DNA of 63,979 nucleotides. It comes from Octopus bimaculoides (lineage: Eukaryota). A program made the position numbers and the translations under genes. Positions 25,504 through 38,604 of this stretch are shown one piece after another (within the stretch, counting starts at the first letter, position 1; each line of letters begins with the position of its first letter). The notes beneath the pieces are model-generated. The model saw only the letters and a program-made list of their open reading frames with translations. It ran no database searches and was not told where the DNA came from. Where the stretch lies: contig NC_069001.1 in NCBI RefSeq assembly GCF_001194135.2, positions 39,410,772-39,474,750 of the forward strand, written 5' to 3'.

Positions 25504-26858
25504 CAGGGGTTAATGTTGCTAATTCCAACTGTGACTGCATCGTAGAGAAATGAAGAATTCCAATGTTATAGCTCAGGATTAAAGCCATTCCAGTTGAATC
25601 ACGCTAATAATTTCCTTGGAGACGCAATGAAAGCCCACACGGCTCTTAGAACTTTCTCCTAAAATCTGTACCGAACTTAAGATATCAGAATAAATTTAAA
25701 CTATTCTAATCACTTTTGTATTTATCACTCTAGAATCAACTTAAATTCCAGGCGAAACATATTAGTAACCTGGTTTTTATTCTTGTTTGGAAGCAGTTCC
25801 ATTACCTTGTTGATGGTCTTTAGAATAATCAAGGAAAAACTAATCAGTCTCACTTGCCACATCAACCTACCCTCTTCTGATTAGTGGCAGACGCCAAGAT
25901 GGCTGTATCGTATTCTCCTGCTATTTCGCGCATATTTCTCCTTCTCACGTTTCATATCTCTTTCTCCCCAACCTCTCTCTCACACAGACAACAATCACAT
26001 TTAGCTTCTTCACTGTCACTTCTCTCTGCCAATTGTACTTTATTTATTCATATGTTAGCATAGCTTTCAATCTATTATATACATTACAATACTGGACGAA
26101 GCTCTCTGCTATATANNNNNNNNNNNNNNNNNNNNNNNNNNNNNNNNNNNNNNNNNNNNNNNNNNNNNNNNNNNNNNNNNNNNNNNNNNNNNNNNNNNNN
26201 NNNNNNNNNNNNNNNNNNNNNNNNNNNNNNNNNNNNNNNNNNNNNNNNNNNNNNNNNNNNNNNNNNNNNNNNNNNNNNNNNNNNNNNNNNNNNNNNNNNN
26301 NNNNNNNNNNNNNNNNNNNNNNNNNNNNNNNNNNNNNNNNNNNNNNNNNNNNNNNNNNNNNNNNNNNNNNNNNNNNNNNNNNNNNNNNNNNNNNNNNNNN
26401 NNNNNNNNNNNNNNNNNNNNNNNNNNNNNNNNNNNNNNNNNNNNNNNNNNNNNNNNNNNNNNNNNNNNNNNNNNNNNNNNNNNNNNNNNNNNNNNNNNNN
26501 NNNNNNNNNNNNNNNNNNNNNNNNNNNNNNNNNNNNNNNNNNNNNNNNNNNNNNNNNNNNNNNNNNNNNNNNNNNNNNNNNNNNNNNNNNNNNNNNNNNN
26601 NNNNNNNNNNNNNNNNNNNNNNNNNNNNNNNNNNNNNNNNNNNNNNNNNNNNNNNNNNNNNNNNNNNNNNNNNNNNNNNNNNNNNNNNNNNNNNNNNNNN
26701 NNNNNNNNNNNNNNNNNNNNNNNNNNNNNNNNNNNNNNNNNNNNNNNNNNNNNNNNNNNNNNNNTATATAGTGGAAAGTAACTATACATAAATATATATA
26801 TACATATGTATATGTATTTATTTTCCACTATATATGTATATATATATATATATATATC

Positions 26859-26908
26859 CCTTTACTAGTTTCAGTCATCAGACTGTGGTCATGCTGGAGC
26901 ACCACCAT
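26859..26908 (-). mobile_element. Family B SINE 3' tail (other tails near 20670-20705, 23115-23150, 43929-44000, 47480-47507)
   Basis: Reverse complement of the GGCGGTGCTCCAGCATGGCCGCAGTC..TGACTGAAAC motif, repeated at these sites. Confidence 0.75.
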
Positions 26909-27281
26909 CAAGTTAAAAATATAGAACGCTTCACGAATTTGCGTGCCATCGTTACACAAGGACAATGCTAAACCTCTCTGTATCATTCCAGTTTCAGTAT
27001 GTGTGCGTGTGTGTGTGTGTGTGTGTGTATATACGTTGGCATATATGTGCGTATATATGTGTATATATATATATACATATGTGTTTACATACATATATAT
27101 ATATATGTATATATATGTATTTATTTATATATATATATATATATGTATATTCATATATATGTATATATATATATTTATATTTATTTATGTGTATATATAT
27201 TTATATTTATATATATGTATATATATATACATATTTATTTATATATATATGTATAAATATATATGTATATATATATGTGTG

Positions 27282-27334
<53 letters not shown>

Positions 27335-27368
27335 GTGTGTGTATANNNNNNNNNNATATATATATATG

Positions 27369-27417
<49 letters not shown>

Positions 27418-28451
27418 ATATATATATACTTATATGTATATATTCATTTTTACAGACACTTCATTTTTAGTTTGTCAAACGCAAAGATAATAACTTATAT
27501 TGGAACCTATAATTATTTATTTTCTAAAGATACTCGCAGGAGGGGAGAATGTTGATATCATCACCGCAGAGAATCTCAATGTAAATGTGTCAACTAATCG
27601 CCATCCATAACCTGTTTCCTTACTTTGAAATCACATTCCTATTTTTACTTGATTTATCGATTCAACGTTTGCCTTTTGCTTTACCTCGGTTTTATCGATC
27701 CGATTCCCTTCTTAAGTAAGTCATTCAGGCCAGTACCAAAGCAGGTTAAAAAACTAGCAGGGAACCAACAGATAGAATTCATATTAGAATTGTCGAACTA
27801 TAATCTATATCCAACTAACACGGATAATATCGCCAATTATAACAGCTGTTTTTCTCAGATGTTGTTCTTCTTGTTATTGTGGTAGTTGTTGTTAGTTGTA
27901 TTGTTTCAGTATTTGGTGCTTATATTTTTATTTAAATTGCTACTGTTTCGTAGTAGTAGTAGTAGTTGTTGTTGCTGTTTACATACTTTCTGTTCTTATC
28001 TAATGTCTGAACGAAATATCTTCAATGGCGAATTAAACCATTTCTTGTACTCAAAATATTTTTTTCTTCTTCTAGTTCTTCTCGGAGAAAGCAATAAAAG
28101 CAACTGTTCAAATTAATAGGTGAACTTCTTCGTTTAATACATCAAAGATAACGGGCAAATTTGCTAGCGAAGAGGAAAAATAATTGCTCTCCTTACAGTA
28201 AAAAGATTCTAATGCAGATGTCATATGTAGATATACATTCATGTCTATATCTGCGTGCGTATACATGCGTGGATATGTGTGTATATACATCTCTGTCTAT
28301 GTGTGTGTGTATGTAAGTGTGCGTGCGTGTGTGTACGCGCGCGTCAGTGGTGTGCACATAAATTTGTGGTTTATTCTCGCTGCCTCTCATTGTATTCACG
28401 AAAATACAAACACATAGGGGGCACAAGCAGGTTTACAATATCTTAATCGCA

Positions 28452-28487
<36 letters not shown>

Positions 28488-28509
28488 GTTGCAATACACA
28501 CATGTGTGC

Positions 28510-28552
<43 letters not shown>

Positions 28553-28996
28553 AGAGAGACATAGACAGAAAGATGTATGCAAACAGGTAAGTGTGAACAA
28601 TAGGAAGATCAGAGAGTGCTCCATAACGAACAAAGAGTGGATCTTTGGCAGCTGAAACTTCTTAAACTATTTCCTCGATTTTACTGTTGTTTATGTCGGC
28701 CGGGAGTATGATATATATATATATATACATATATATATAAAACATGCTTCTGTGCGTTGAATGAATGCAGCATTTTGTCGATTTTCAAACCAAACAACAC
28801 ACGCATTTGATAACCTTTGTAGGTTTATTTTGAAGAAAAATTGGTATACATATATACACACACACACACATGTATTCTCAGTACACGATGAACATTATTG
28901 ATTTTATATATATATATATATATATAGTCTAATGAAGGAATCTATCTCTCTGCTTATATATCTGTGTATATATTTATGTATATATGTGTGTGTGTG

Positions 28997-29037
<41 letters not shown>

Positions 29038-29583
29038 TTATTCAGCCAAATGTACAAAACGCTATGCTGGAGCCAATTTTAAACTCGTTTTATGATTGGT
29101 TAATTGGTTTTCCTCCCCGCACCTCACCTTATTATCCTGGAATCGCTCAACACCGTTTAACTACTTTTTGTTAACCTTTCGTTCAGTAACACCTGTTATT
29201 TGCACCCATATGTGACATAATACGTTCCAAACTATCTTCAGTCCATTGCTCACCGTCATTTCTATAGGTGAGCTCAGTATATATTTATTTCAATGTAGTT
29301 TGTCTTAATTATAAGATAAAGCTAAAAGTGATTTTTAAACCCGATACGTATTATCTACCTGCTTATGGCTTCTTTATTGCAAGACGTTTTTCTGGATCTG
29401 AATTCTTTACGTATGTTCAAAGCAGTTCAATGTCTTTCAGTCGTCGCTCATGTTTCCAAGAAGGGATGAAGGTCATACGGTTTTCCTTCAAATGAATATT
29501 TTATCTTTTTCAGCATGTGACTAGCTGCGAGTGCTCGTCATTGAGAGGGTACACCAAGGCTGAAATACATCTAGCGTTCTTGC

Positions 29584-29911
29584 TTCTAAGAGCAAACTTC
29601 GTTTGTTTGTTTACGCTTATCGTAATTTGAATTTAACATATGATAGCCTCTCATAAAGCGAGATTTCTATACGTCTTAAATTTGCCGAAAAACTTGTGGC
29701 TGGGCAGTTTAGCTCAAATGGTCAAGAGCACCGCGACGCGTAATCACAGAGGTGTGAGTTCGAGTCTCATGGCTTGTCGCCTACACTTTTTTCTGCAAAA
29801 TAGGGGTTGCGTTTGAGAATTTAAAATCATTTCTTTAATTTTCTAAGACATCTCTACGTTTCTAAAAGCAAACTTCGTTTGTTTGTTTACGTTTATCGTA
29901 ATTTGAATTTA
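29584..29911 (+). repeat. 52-bp direct repeats (29584-29635 and 29860-29911) bracketing the tRNA-like unit
   Basis: ttctaa(g/a)agcaaacttcgtttgtttgtttacg(c/t)ttatcgtaatttgaattta; 2 mismatches, offset 276 bp. Confidence 0.95.
29703..29779 (+). tRNA. tRNA-like sequence / pseudo-tRNA (Thr-CGT-like) with Pol III A box, B box and oligo-T terminator
   Basis: D stem GCTC/GAGC, T arm GTGAG-TTCGAGT-CTCAT, loop CGCGTAA (anticodon CGT), T6 at 29787-29792. The acceptor and anticodon stems are imperfect and position 33 is G, so it is probably not a functional tRNA. Confidence 0.65.
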
Positions 29912-31061
29912 TATACATTATGTTTTATATATGTCTATTTGAAACAAGATTTATTTTTTACAATTATAAATTAATATATTTGTTGTTTTTAAATTATTAA
30001 CATTTATATTCTTGCTCTTTCTATATGGAACCGACACCCACCTTTCAAAAAGCAAATCTCTATCTTTTTTTGGTTTCCCACGTGTAATTCTACTAATTCA
30101 GGTTTGACTAGAGATGATAGATTTTCTTTGAAAATAAAAATTTTCTTCCTGCTTCTTAATACTCTGTGTGACTCAATCATTATGTTCTCTCCAGTCATTT
30201 ACACATGTCATAATTTGACAGATATATTCACCAAACTCAGCTGGGAGTGATCAAATGGACTTCATTTCTGGCACTCTTCGTCCACATTCTCATACATTAC
30301 GCATCAATAAATGACAGTTCATATATTTTACGGAACGTAAATCAAATACTTTTTTTTTTTATATATTGATATCAATACCATTATCCCTGCATAGGACATC
30401 TGTTGTAACAGGGAGATTGCAAACTAGATCCGTGGTTCACCGTAAAGAAAGCCATGAATTATAGTGGGAAAATAACGAAATTCCTAGTGTCAATGTCCAC
30501 CAAGGCGTATAATGTGAGAACTAGATGGTGACAATAGGTCTTGCAAATTATAGTTGCTGTAACAGAAATAGCTGCTTTTCATAAACTGCAAAGTTGCCTT
30601 CGGAGAAAACTATGCAGTTTGTGAAAAGCAATGATTTGAGAGAATTGCAAGCAGAGGGCAGGTGCACGGATTTGTGCATTTAATGACGTAATCAACAACA
30701 TTCCTTTCTGCCGATTTCAAATCTTTCTCCTTTTTTTTTTTTATTCTATGAAATCATCTTGAAACAAATTATTCCAAACATGTTGCTATCTCCTACGCAA
30801 AGAATTGTAAAAATTCAGTTCTCTTTCACAGATTTGTCGATATTAATTACATGGAAATATTCACAGAAAAAAAACAAGGAGACTGCGTGACTGTTTTTCT
30901 TTAATTCTAACGAAACCGCTACACACACACACACACACACGTAGATATTTATGTCTTGTGTGTATAGTGCTGATTATGTGGGTTTTTTTGTATNNNNNNN
31001 NNNATGAACCAGGCATGGCACGAAAACGAACAAACAACAGCAACGTGTGTGTGTGTGTGGT

Positions 31062-31370
31062 GGAGGGACATGGCCAAGTGGTTAGAGCAGCGGACTCACG
31101 GTCGAGGAATCGCGGGTTCGAAACTCCGACCGAGCGATGTGTGTGTTTATGAACGAAACACCTAAGCTCCCCGCGACTCTGGCAAAAAGTAATGGCTAAC
31201 ATCTGCTGACTCTTTCGCCACAACTTCCTCTCACTCTTTCCTCCTGCATCTAGCAGCTCACCTGCGACGGACCGGTGTCCCGTCCAGGTAGGGAACCTTT
31301 ACGCCATTGAAACCGGGAAACCGGCCCTTATGAACCAGGCATGGCACGAAAACGAACAAACAACAGCAAC
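31062..31370 (+). mobile_element. Young full-length tRNA-derived SINE (family E) with Nin/Deu-like domain
   Basis: A box TGGCCAAGTGG (31071-31081), B box GGTTCGAAAC (31115-31124), GCGACGGACCGGTGTCCCGTCCAGG..GAAACCGG block, A-rich tail, flanked by identical 17-bp (GT)n-GGT. The domain assignment is from memory. Confidence 0.85.
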
Positions 31371-31400
31371 GTGTGTGTGTGTGTGGTCACATATTTGTGC

Positions 31401-31533
31401 TTGATATATAAGCATGTGTAACATATCGGCAGGCTGTCCAAAGAACCAGATAGGCTGTACTCTAAAATCCGCCCAGAAACATTGCATCCGTGCACATTTG
31501 AAAGACGACACAACAGACACGTACTCACATTGA
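31401..31533 (+). pseudogene. GIY-YIG endonuclease remnant, probably Penelope-like
   Basis: Restoring a 2-nt GT deletion gives LIYKHVCNISAGCPKNQIGCTLKSAQKHCIRAHLKDDTTDTYSH, following the (G/L)IY-x-C-x4-C-x3-YIG-x-T..H pattern, although YIG reads QIG. Confidence 0.5.
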
Positions 31534-31614
31534 AAGTATTAATGCAGCCGGTGCTTGGCTGTTTTGACTAAAACAAGCTACAGCAGTAAGCATCTAAATG
31601 GAAACGTCAGAGAT

Positions 31615-31647
<33 letters not shown>

Positions 31648-32009
31648 GGTGGAGAAACGAAAGACTATCGCGCTTAGCATATCTCGTTGAACCTGTCTGT
31701 ATCGGTTGACTCATTTCCACATGACAGACTTTCGTAGACGCATCTGCGTTTACGTCCACAAATGTGCGAAAAGCTGCAAGAGATTGAGGTTGTTGTTGAG
31801 GTTGTAGTTATTTATTGTTTAGCTCTTCTCAGCTCTGATAAAGCAAACTTTTAGTGAAAGCGATTCCAACCATGACCACCACAACATTTAAGGTATTATG
31901 ATAAAATAGATAATATTATCCAATATTATTGTTTTGCGTTTATCTAACATGGTAGTCGGATGAGGTTTTGACTAATAACCAACTATTTCTAGTCAGTTGT
32001 GAGGGCCTC

Positions 32010-32044
<35 letters not shown>

Positions 32045-32615
32045 TTCTTTTTCCCTTTCCCTCGCACTTTTCTTCGCTCTGTTTACGTCTCCATCTTTTT
32101 CCCTTCATCTCTTTTTACCTCTTTCTTTCCATCGCTCTTACTTTTCACCCGTTCTCTCTCTCTCTTTCTCCCCCTCTCTCTCTCTCCCCCTCTCTCTCTC
32201 TCTCTCCCTCCCTCCATGTCTCTCCCTCTCGCATATCAGTTCGATGTAAAGTTAATAAAAACAGAACTCCAGTCCTTAAGTAGTTGTTCCCGAAATCCGC
32301 AATCTCTACGAAAGCACTTTACCAACGTCAGACCAGCAACGCAACCAGTTTTGTCTTAATCTCACTCAGCCAATCTGATTATCTTGGATTATTGGAATTT
32401 ACATCAATCTCACCAATTCTAAAACACTTCCAAAACAAACTGAAATAGACAACTGGAAAACAAAGAAGAATGAAATGTGACTACTTTCAACAAGGTTCTT
32501 TACTGTCTATAACAATAATAATAATGATGATAATAATAATAAATAATGATAATAATAATGATAATAATAATACTGTTGATGATGATATGTGTATCTGTGT
32601 ATGTATAAATATATA

Positions 32616-32659
<44 letters not shown>

Positions 32660-32819
32660 NNNNNNNNNNNNNNNNNNNNNNNNNNNNNNNNNNNNNNNNN
32701 NNNNNNNNNNNNNNNNNNNNNNNNNNNNNNNNNNNNNNNNNNNNNNNNNNNNNNNNNNNNNNNNNNNNNNNNNNNNNNNNNNNNNNNNNNNNNNNNNNNN
32801 NNNNNNNNNNNNNNNNNNN

Positions 32820-32875
<56 letters not shown>

Positions 32876-33974
32876 TATATATAAAGCGTATTCACGAAAA
32901 GCAAATGGGGTAACACGGACAAGTTATTTGCAAATTCCGGTCAGATTGTCCGTATTTGTTTTACTTTCTGGATTTTTTTGCTAATACGTTTTTTTTATGT
33001 TTTCCTTATGTGTGTGTGTGTGTGTGTGCATATGTATATGTAGTCAGAACCTTCCGATCAGAATAACATGATTTCGCCTCACGGATCCATAAAAATTAAT
33101 ATTATTCCTTATTTTAATTACATAGCAAACATAGCTGCGGCATCAGTCGTGGTTCAACCGAAACAGCTGTTACGATAAGACTATTAGATTATTCTCTTCT
33201 GTCTATTTGCATTCCATGTAGATACACTCCCTATGCCTACCTTTATCTACTTTTTCTACACACGTGCGCGCACCCGAAATATGTATCGATATTAATTTAA
33301 TTCCATCGGGATAGACATAGTTTTAACTAATTAAATCACGCGTTCGCTTTTTTGTATGGTATCGAATATGATTTGGTTGTGTTACAGTTTCCCCCCCACT
33401 TCATTATTTATATTGATGTCTAAAATATATCAGCGCTACCATATAATCCTGTGAAGACTCACATAGCGATAAACACAGAAAGAAAATATATTTAGAATTT
33501 TTTTTTTTTTAATTCTCGATTAGAAATTTTAATAAAGGTTTTATTCAATAAAAAGATTAGAAGCAAAAAATTCGTTTGACTAATGAAATCTATCGAGAGA
33601 TCAATATCGTTTTTGTTGGTTTGATAAGGACTAGCAGATAAAATGTCTTTCTCTAATAATACCATTGTTCCCAGCCATGTAATTATTCTGCCTTACTTCA
33701 TGTCATTCCTTTACCAGCTTCTGTATTAGTTTTTATTTTCTTGTTGTTGTTTTACAATCATAATTACCTGTTTACCGTTTCCTCGTCTCTTTGCCGTATA
33801 ATAATGATAAACCAGCGCAATGTTTTTCCCCCACTACCTTTGCATTATCACTTTAATTATGAAATGGCTGATAAAGATAGATTCTGAGTCCTTTAAAAAA
33901 AAACACGAAATATTCGATTTGAGAGGAAACCAAGCTGAATATTAGTTAAGAAATTTCTAATGTCATGTGTATTG

Positions 33975-34007
<33 letters not shown>

Positions 34008-34025
34008 GTGGTGGAATGACAGTCA

Positions 34026-34152
34026 AGTGCTGGGGTCGATGAAATCGATTATCTGTTACGTGGCATCTTGGGCAACTGTCTTGTGCTATAGCCCAAGCAG
34101 AACAATACTTTAAGACTGAATTTGGTTGAGGGAAACTGAAAGAAGCCCGTCG
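34026..34152 (+). mobile_element. Chimeric SINE fragments: family A body (34026-34051) joined to family B body (34053-34152)
   Basis: GTGCTGGGGTCGATGAAATCGATT directly followed by GTGGCATCTTGGGCAACTGTCTTGTGCTATAGCCC..GGAAACTGAAAGAAGCCCGTCG. Confidence 0.7.
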
Positions 34153-35648
34153 TGTATATATATATATATATACACGTGATCTTGGCATAGTTGGAAAATT
34201 GAGAGAATCAGCGTATGTATGTATGTACATACGTATGCATGTACGTACGTATGTATGTATGTATGTATGTACGTACGTACGTATGTATATTTGGAGTATA
34301 TATGTGCACGTGTGTGTGTGAATATGTGCATATATTCATATATTTATGTGTGTGTGAGTGTGCATTCGTGTTTGAATATATATGCATACATCCTAAGAAA
34401 CAACCTGAAGAACATATATATATCAACTTATAACAAGCCATATCACCTTTCCTCTCAATCTAGAACCATCTGCTGATACGACTTTGCCTAAAAAGGTCAC
34501 TTCTTAGGTCAATATTCACACCTTTAATAACATTTCTATTTCTGTCGTTATTCTTTATTTCTTGTTTTTATTGATTTATATTATTTTATATCGTTTCCTG
34601 TGCCAACTCCTTCCTACTAACCAATAATATATTGTCCCTGTGTATCGATATTTGGTTCCAGATTTGAAATTATTTCCTAGGAATTAGTTTTAAAAAGCTG
34701 GTTACCACTCCTGTTCTAACTTAATTCAATTACCACCTGAAGCAGATGAGGTTTCAAATACCAACGAAAGCACTTTGAGAAACTAAGCTGTTTGATTGGC
34801 TGAACGATTAATCAAACAACCGATTAGTTAATTCGGTAAAAGTTTAACCAATGGACTGGTACGAAAAAAGAAGTGAAACTGAGCTAATGCTTCTGTTTAT
34901 TATTAGTACAATGGCCCTACCAGCGATGACAAAGTATGATTCAATACACAAGTGCACATCAAGAATCCATATAAAAATACCCCGCTACAAATAAATATAA
35001 GCTTTACCATTGGATTGTGTGGATAGGAACAACAAAAAGATTGTCATAATGGATGTTTCCTCTAAGTGGTGGTCAGTCATTGTAGAGAATTCTACATTTA
35101 ATTTCCATAAAACACAAACTAATCTGCCCGTCTGTCTGTCTGTCTGTCGACCTATCTCTCTGTTTATCTCGTTTGGAGTTAATTATGTAAAAGTCTTCAA
35201 TTTGTTTGCATTTTGTTTTTTGCTGTTCTAATTTCACAACTTTACACCAAATAAACAATAGCAACTATATTTGTCTCACTTCCACAATAAAACAGGATTT
35301 GCATAATCTGTAATGTTAGGTGGTAGAATTAATCCGTCGCACAGTTTAACCTCACCATCATTACCGGATCTGACTTTTGGATAATTTTACCAGAGTCCCC
35401 ATTTGTTGCAGTGACGTAGGAGGGGGCTAGATCCCTATTTTAAGGCTACCGTTCTCACTACCTTCTCCCAATCTTGTAACTCCTGTAAAGGGTCAAAAAT
35501 ATGATCCTTCGCTCCACGTTAAATGTCTTTTATCCGAGCTTTTAAAGGTTTTTTAGGAATGGCTATAATTTTTAGAAGGTAATCAGTTACGGAGAGGATG
35601 TTATTGGATTTCCATATCCAACGATAATCAAATATGTTACCATTCTCA

Positions 35649-35699
<51 letters not shown>

Positions 35700-37137
35700 A
35701 GTGTATAAGTACATATCTATATGTATGTGTGTGTATGAGTATATATCTATACGTATGTATATGCACATATATACATATACGTATATATGTATAGGTATAT
35801 ATAATCGAGTGTGTATCAATGGAGGTGTGTAAATTATACACTCAAATATGTATATTTATATATGCTGTCCGCATAGTGACGTTCTTTAATCTGGTCCATT
35901 TTTTTTTTCGCCAGTCAAAGAAAATTAAATTATTTGCCATCTGCTGCTTTCTTTGAATTCTTCAAGCGAGAAAATAATGAGTTACTTGAGCTGTGTGTTT
36001 CGTCTTTAAAATCTCTTTCTAATAATCAGTAATATTTGTTCCATGTAGACTCCTCACATCTGACAGTGTTCTTGTGCGCTCGTTCATCGCTAATGGTCGT
36101 GGATTTTTTTCCCTTTGACAAACTTACAAATAACTTTGATATCCAGGGAAAGTATAATTGCTGAAATAATCAAAGTTACTCGCTGTAACATCTAAAATAG
36201 TTTACTAAACCTAAGATATTTCTTTGTCGAGTTATTTCGATATCGATCTCTCATGGATGATATAAAAGAAATGGAATATTTCCTATTATAATTGGATGGG
36301 TTTATAAAGCAGGCATCGCCAATTTAGTTCACTCTATAACTCTTCTTCGTAGAAACGGAACAGCGATGAGGAATATACACCAGCATAAATGTTGAGCAAG
36401 TATGAAACGTGGAATCTATATTGCGGAGAAAGTGTTTCAATTAAATTACGTTAATTGGTTCGGCTGTTTCTGTCTTGAGGTGAAAAATCGATATAATTTT
36501 ACTATGTTACCCCAATAAATTTCTTGCTAAAGAAGAGTTCTTAATGAAGAGCATAATACATGTTTGATAATATATTCTAGGTATATATATAATTATATAT
36601 TCAGCTGATGTGGTGTCATTATTTTACTTTACACGTTAAATTACCCCTATTCCATTGATGTAGCTCTGCTTTCCCTTCACTTGGTTCTCTTAACGATCCG
36701 CTATTAATGCCAGCCACACTTCCAAGCAAAAATCCAAAAGCGATATGCGGAGTAAACCTGCTGTTAGGCGTCAACATCCAACACATCTACGTTATTCCGA
36801 ACCCCCGCCCCCCATTGCTGGCTGATCAACTTCAATATTTGGTTTCAATCGGATTCCTCTTTGGTATTTTAGATAACCTTAAAATAAAGTAATATAACCC
36901 GTGTGTTTCATAATGAATCGATTAAAAGATATCTAATTCAAACGAATTATTTATATTCATCTACAGCCTGCGTCTGTTTCTCAATATTTTCGTAATTCAC
37001 TTTCGGCAATCTTCGTGACACTCTTCTCCGTAAATACAGCTCCAAACCAGATCATTCGCCTCCACTCGCACACATTCCAAAACAAACAGAAAAGATAAAC
37101 ATATACATAAAAACTCAATACACATACAAGCTCCTCT

Positions 37138-37186
<49 letters not shown>

Positions 37187-37434
37187 ATTAAAACGAGGCT
37201 ATGTATGTTTCTAGCCGCGGGCATCGGTAGGGAGTTAAGACGTTCACTTTGGAACCAGGTAATTCTGGTTTCTTTCCGATATAACTGAACAGTAGCCAAC
37301 TAAAGCCACACACAGTAGCCCTTTACTCGAAGAAAGCCATTGCCACTCTATCGCAGCGGAAGAATGTAATCTCTGACAATGTCACATGATGATGATGATG
37401 ATAATTTCATACGTAAGAAAGCAGCGTGAAATGC

Positions 37435-37566
37435 GGAGATTTAGCTTCTATTTTTAGCAAGATGAGTGACCACGTAGAGACGTCCACTACATTTTGCTAT
37501 CCTTCAGCCTCGATCGATCCTGATGTAGCAGTTCTATGCTTAAAGTTTTCCAGTCGTGACCATCCC
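37435..37566 (+). mobile_element. Family C blocks in permuted order
   Basis: GAGATTTAGCTTCTATTTTTAGCAAGATGAGTGACCACGTAGAG followed by CCTGATGTAGC..CCAGTCGTGACCATCCC. Confidence 0.55.
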
Positions 37567-37814
37567 AAAATTTATATTAGTCGACGGTAAGGCGTTATTG
37601 TTTGAACTTTGATTTGACATCTCTTTCTAGCAATGGGAACGACTACTCATAAGCTTCTCGTTTTTATACATATGATAGTTCAAGTAACATATCAGTTTTA
37701 CCCCTGCTCCTTCTCCTGTCTCATCCTTTCTTTGTTCCTGGATCAAGGGTCATTGAGACTAAGTGGTTCAGTGAGAAAGAGCGAGAGAGAGTGAGAGAGT
37801 AATTTATGGATCCT

Positions 37815-37961
37815 AGTATTTGGTATTTAATTTGCTGCACTCAGAAGAATGAACTGCTATGTTGATCCTGATGGAACCTGAACTCCAGGCGTCGAGAGAC
37901 GGAACTAACAACGCCAGACAATCTAGCCGACGCTCCGACGATCCTATCAGCTCACGGCCTT
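37815..37961 (-). mobile_element. Degenerate family-A SINE
   Basis: GAAGAATGAA..GATGGAACCTGAACTC..GACGATCCTATCAGCTCACGGCCTT matches the reverse complement of the family A head. Confidence 0.55.
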
Positions 37962-38580
37962 CTCGTTAATATCTCTTCGATGAAATCGTGTTGGTTTGAA
38001 AGACAATACGAATGCAGAGATTCTTACGTAATGTGGATGTATTGTAAACGGTGGAGGTTGTCTTAGAAAATAAAACAATGCTACATGAAAAACTGCTATA
38101 AACAATGGTAAATGCGATGATCAAATTAAAGTTGATAGATTAGTAGATTGATTACGATCTTAGATTTCCATAAGGAAAGAATAGATAAAGAGAATGAAAG
38201 AAGATAAGGAAAACAAGCATTTGCAGCTGTCGGAATATCTTTCAAGTCTTGTGTTTGGCTGAATACAAAGACTTTGCTTATATCAGTCTGAACAACAATG
38301 GACGTTATAAAATGTTGTCCACAGAAATTAGAACAGATGTTGTTATGTCTTATTGTGCCTAATGTCTGACGTCATTAACATTTCAGCCAATAAAATAAAG
38401 CTATTTATTTAATGTGAGTCACTTGTTTTTGTAACAGTTGGGCAAACAGTACAGCCATTCACTCTCTATTCTCACAGGATCGTAATGAAGATGGGTTTCT
38501 TCATGCTAGAAATAGCAGGCAAACGTTACATATCTTAGTCATTTTAATGCTTTCGTCTTAGTCGGAAGAACATTACTCAC

Positions 38581-38604
38581 GTCCCTCTATCTGAGCCTTC
38601 AGAA
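38581..38604 (-). CDS. Candidate 24-nt microexon (TTCTGAAGGCTCAGATAGAGGGAC; SEGSDRG or LKAQIEG)
   Basis: Branch point CTAAC (38633-38637), pyrimidine tract ctcccccctctcttctctc, CAG acceptor, GAC/GTGAGT donor, length divisible by 3, two open frames. Confidence 0.55.

Noticed and set aside
29703-29779. Functional tRNA-Thr(CGT) gene
   Set aside because: G at position 33, two C-A mismatches in a 6-bp anticodon stem and an imperfect acceptor stem; kept only as tRNA-like.
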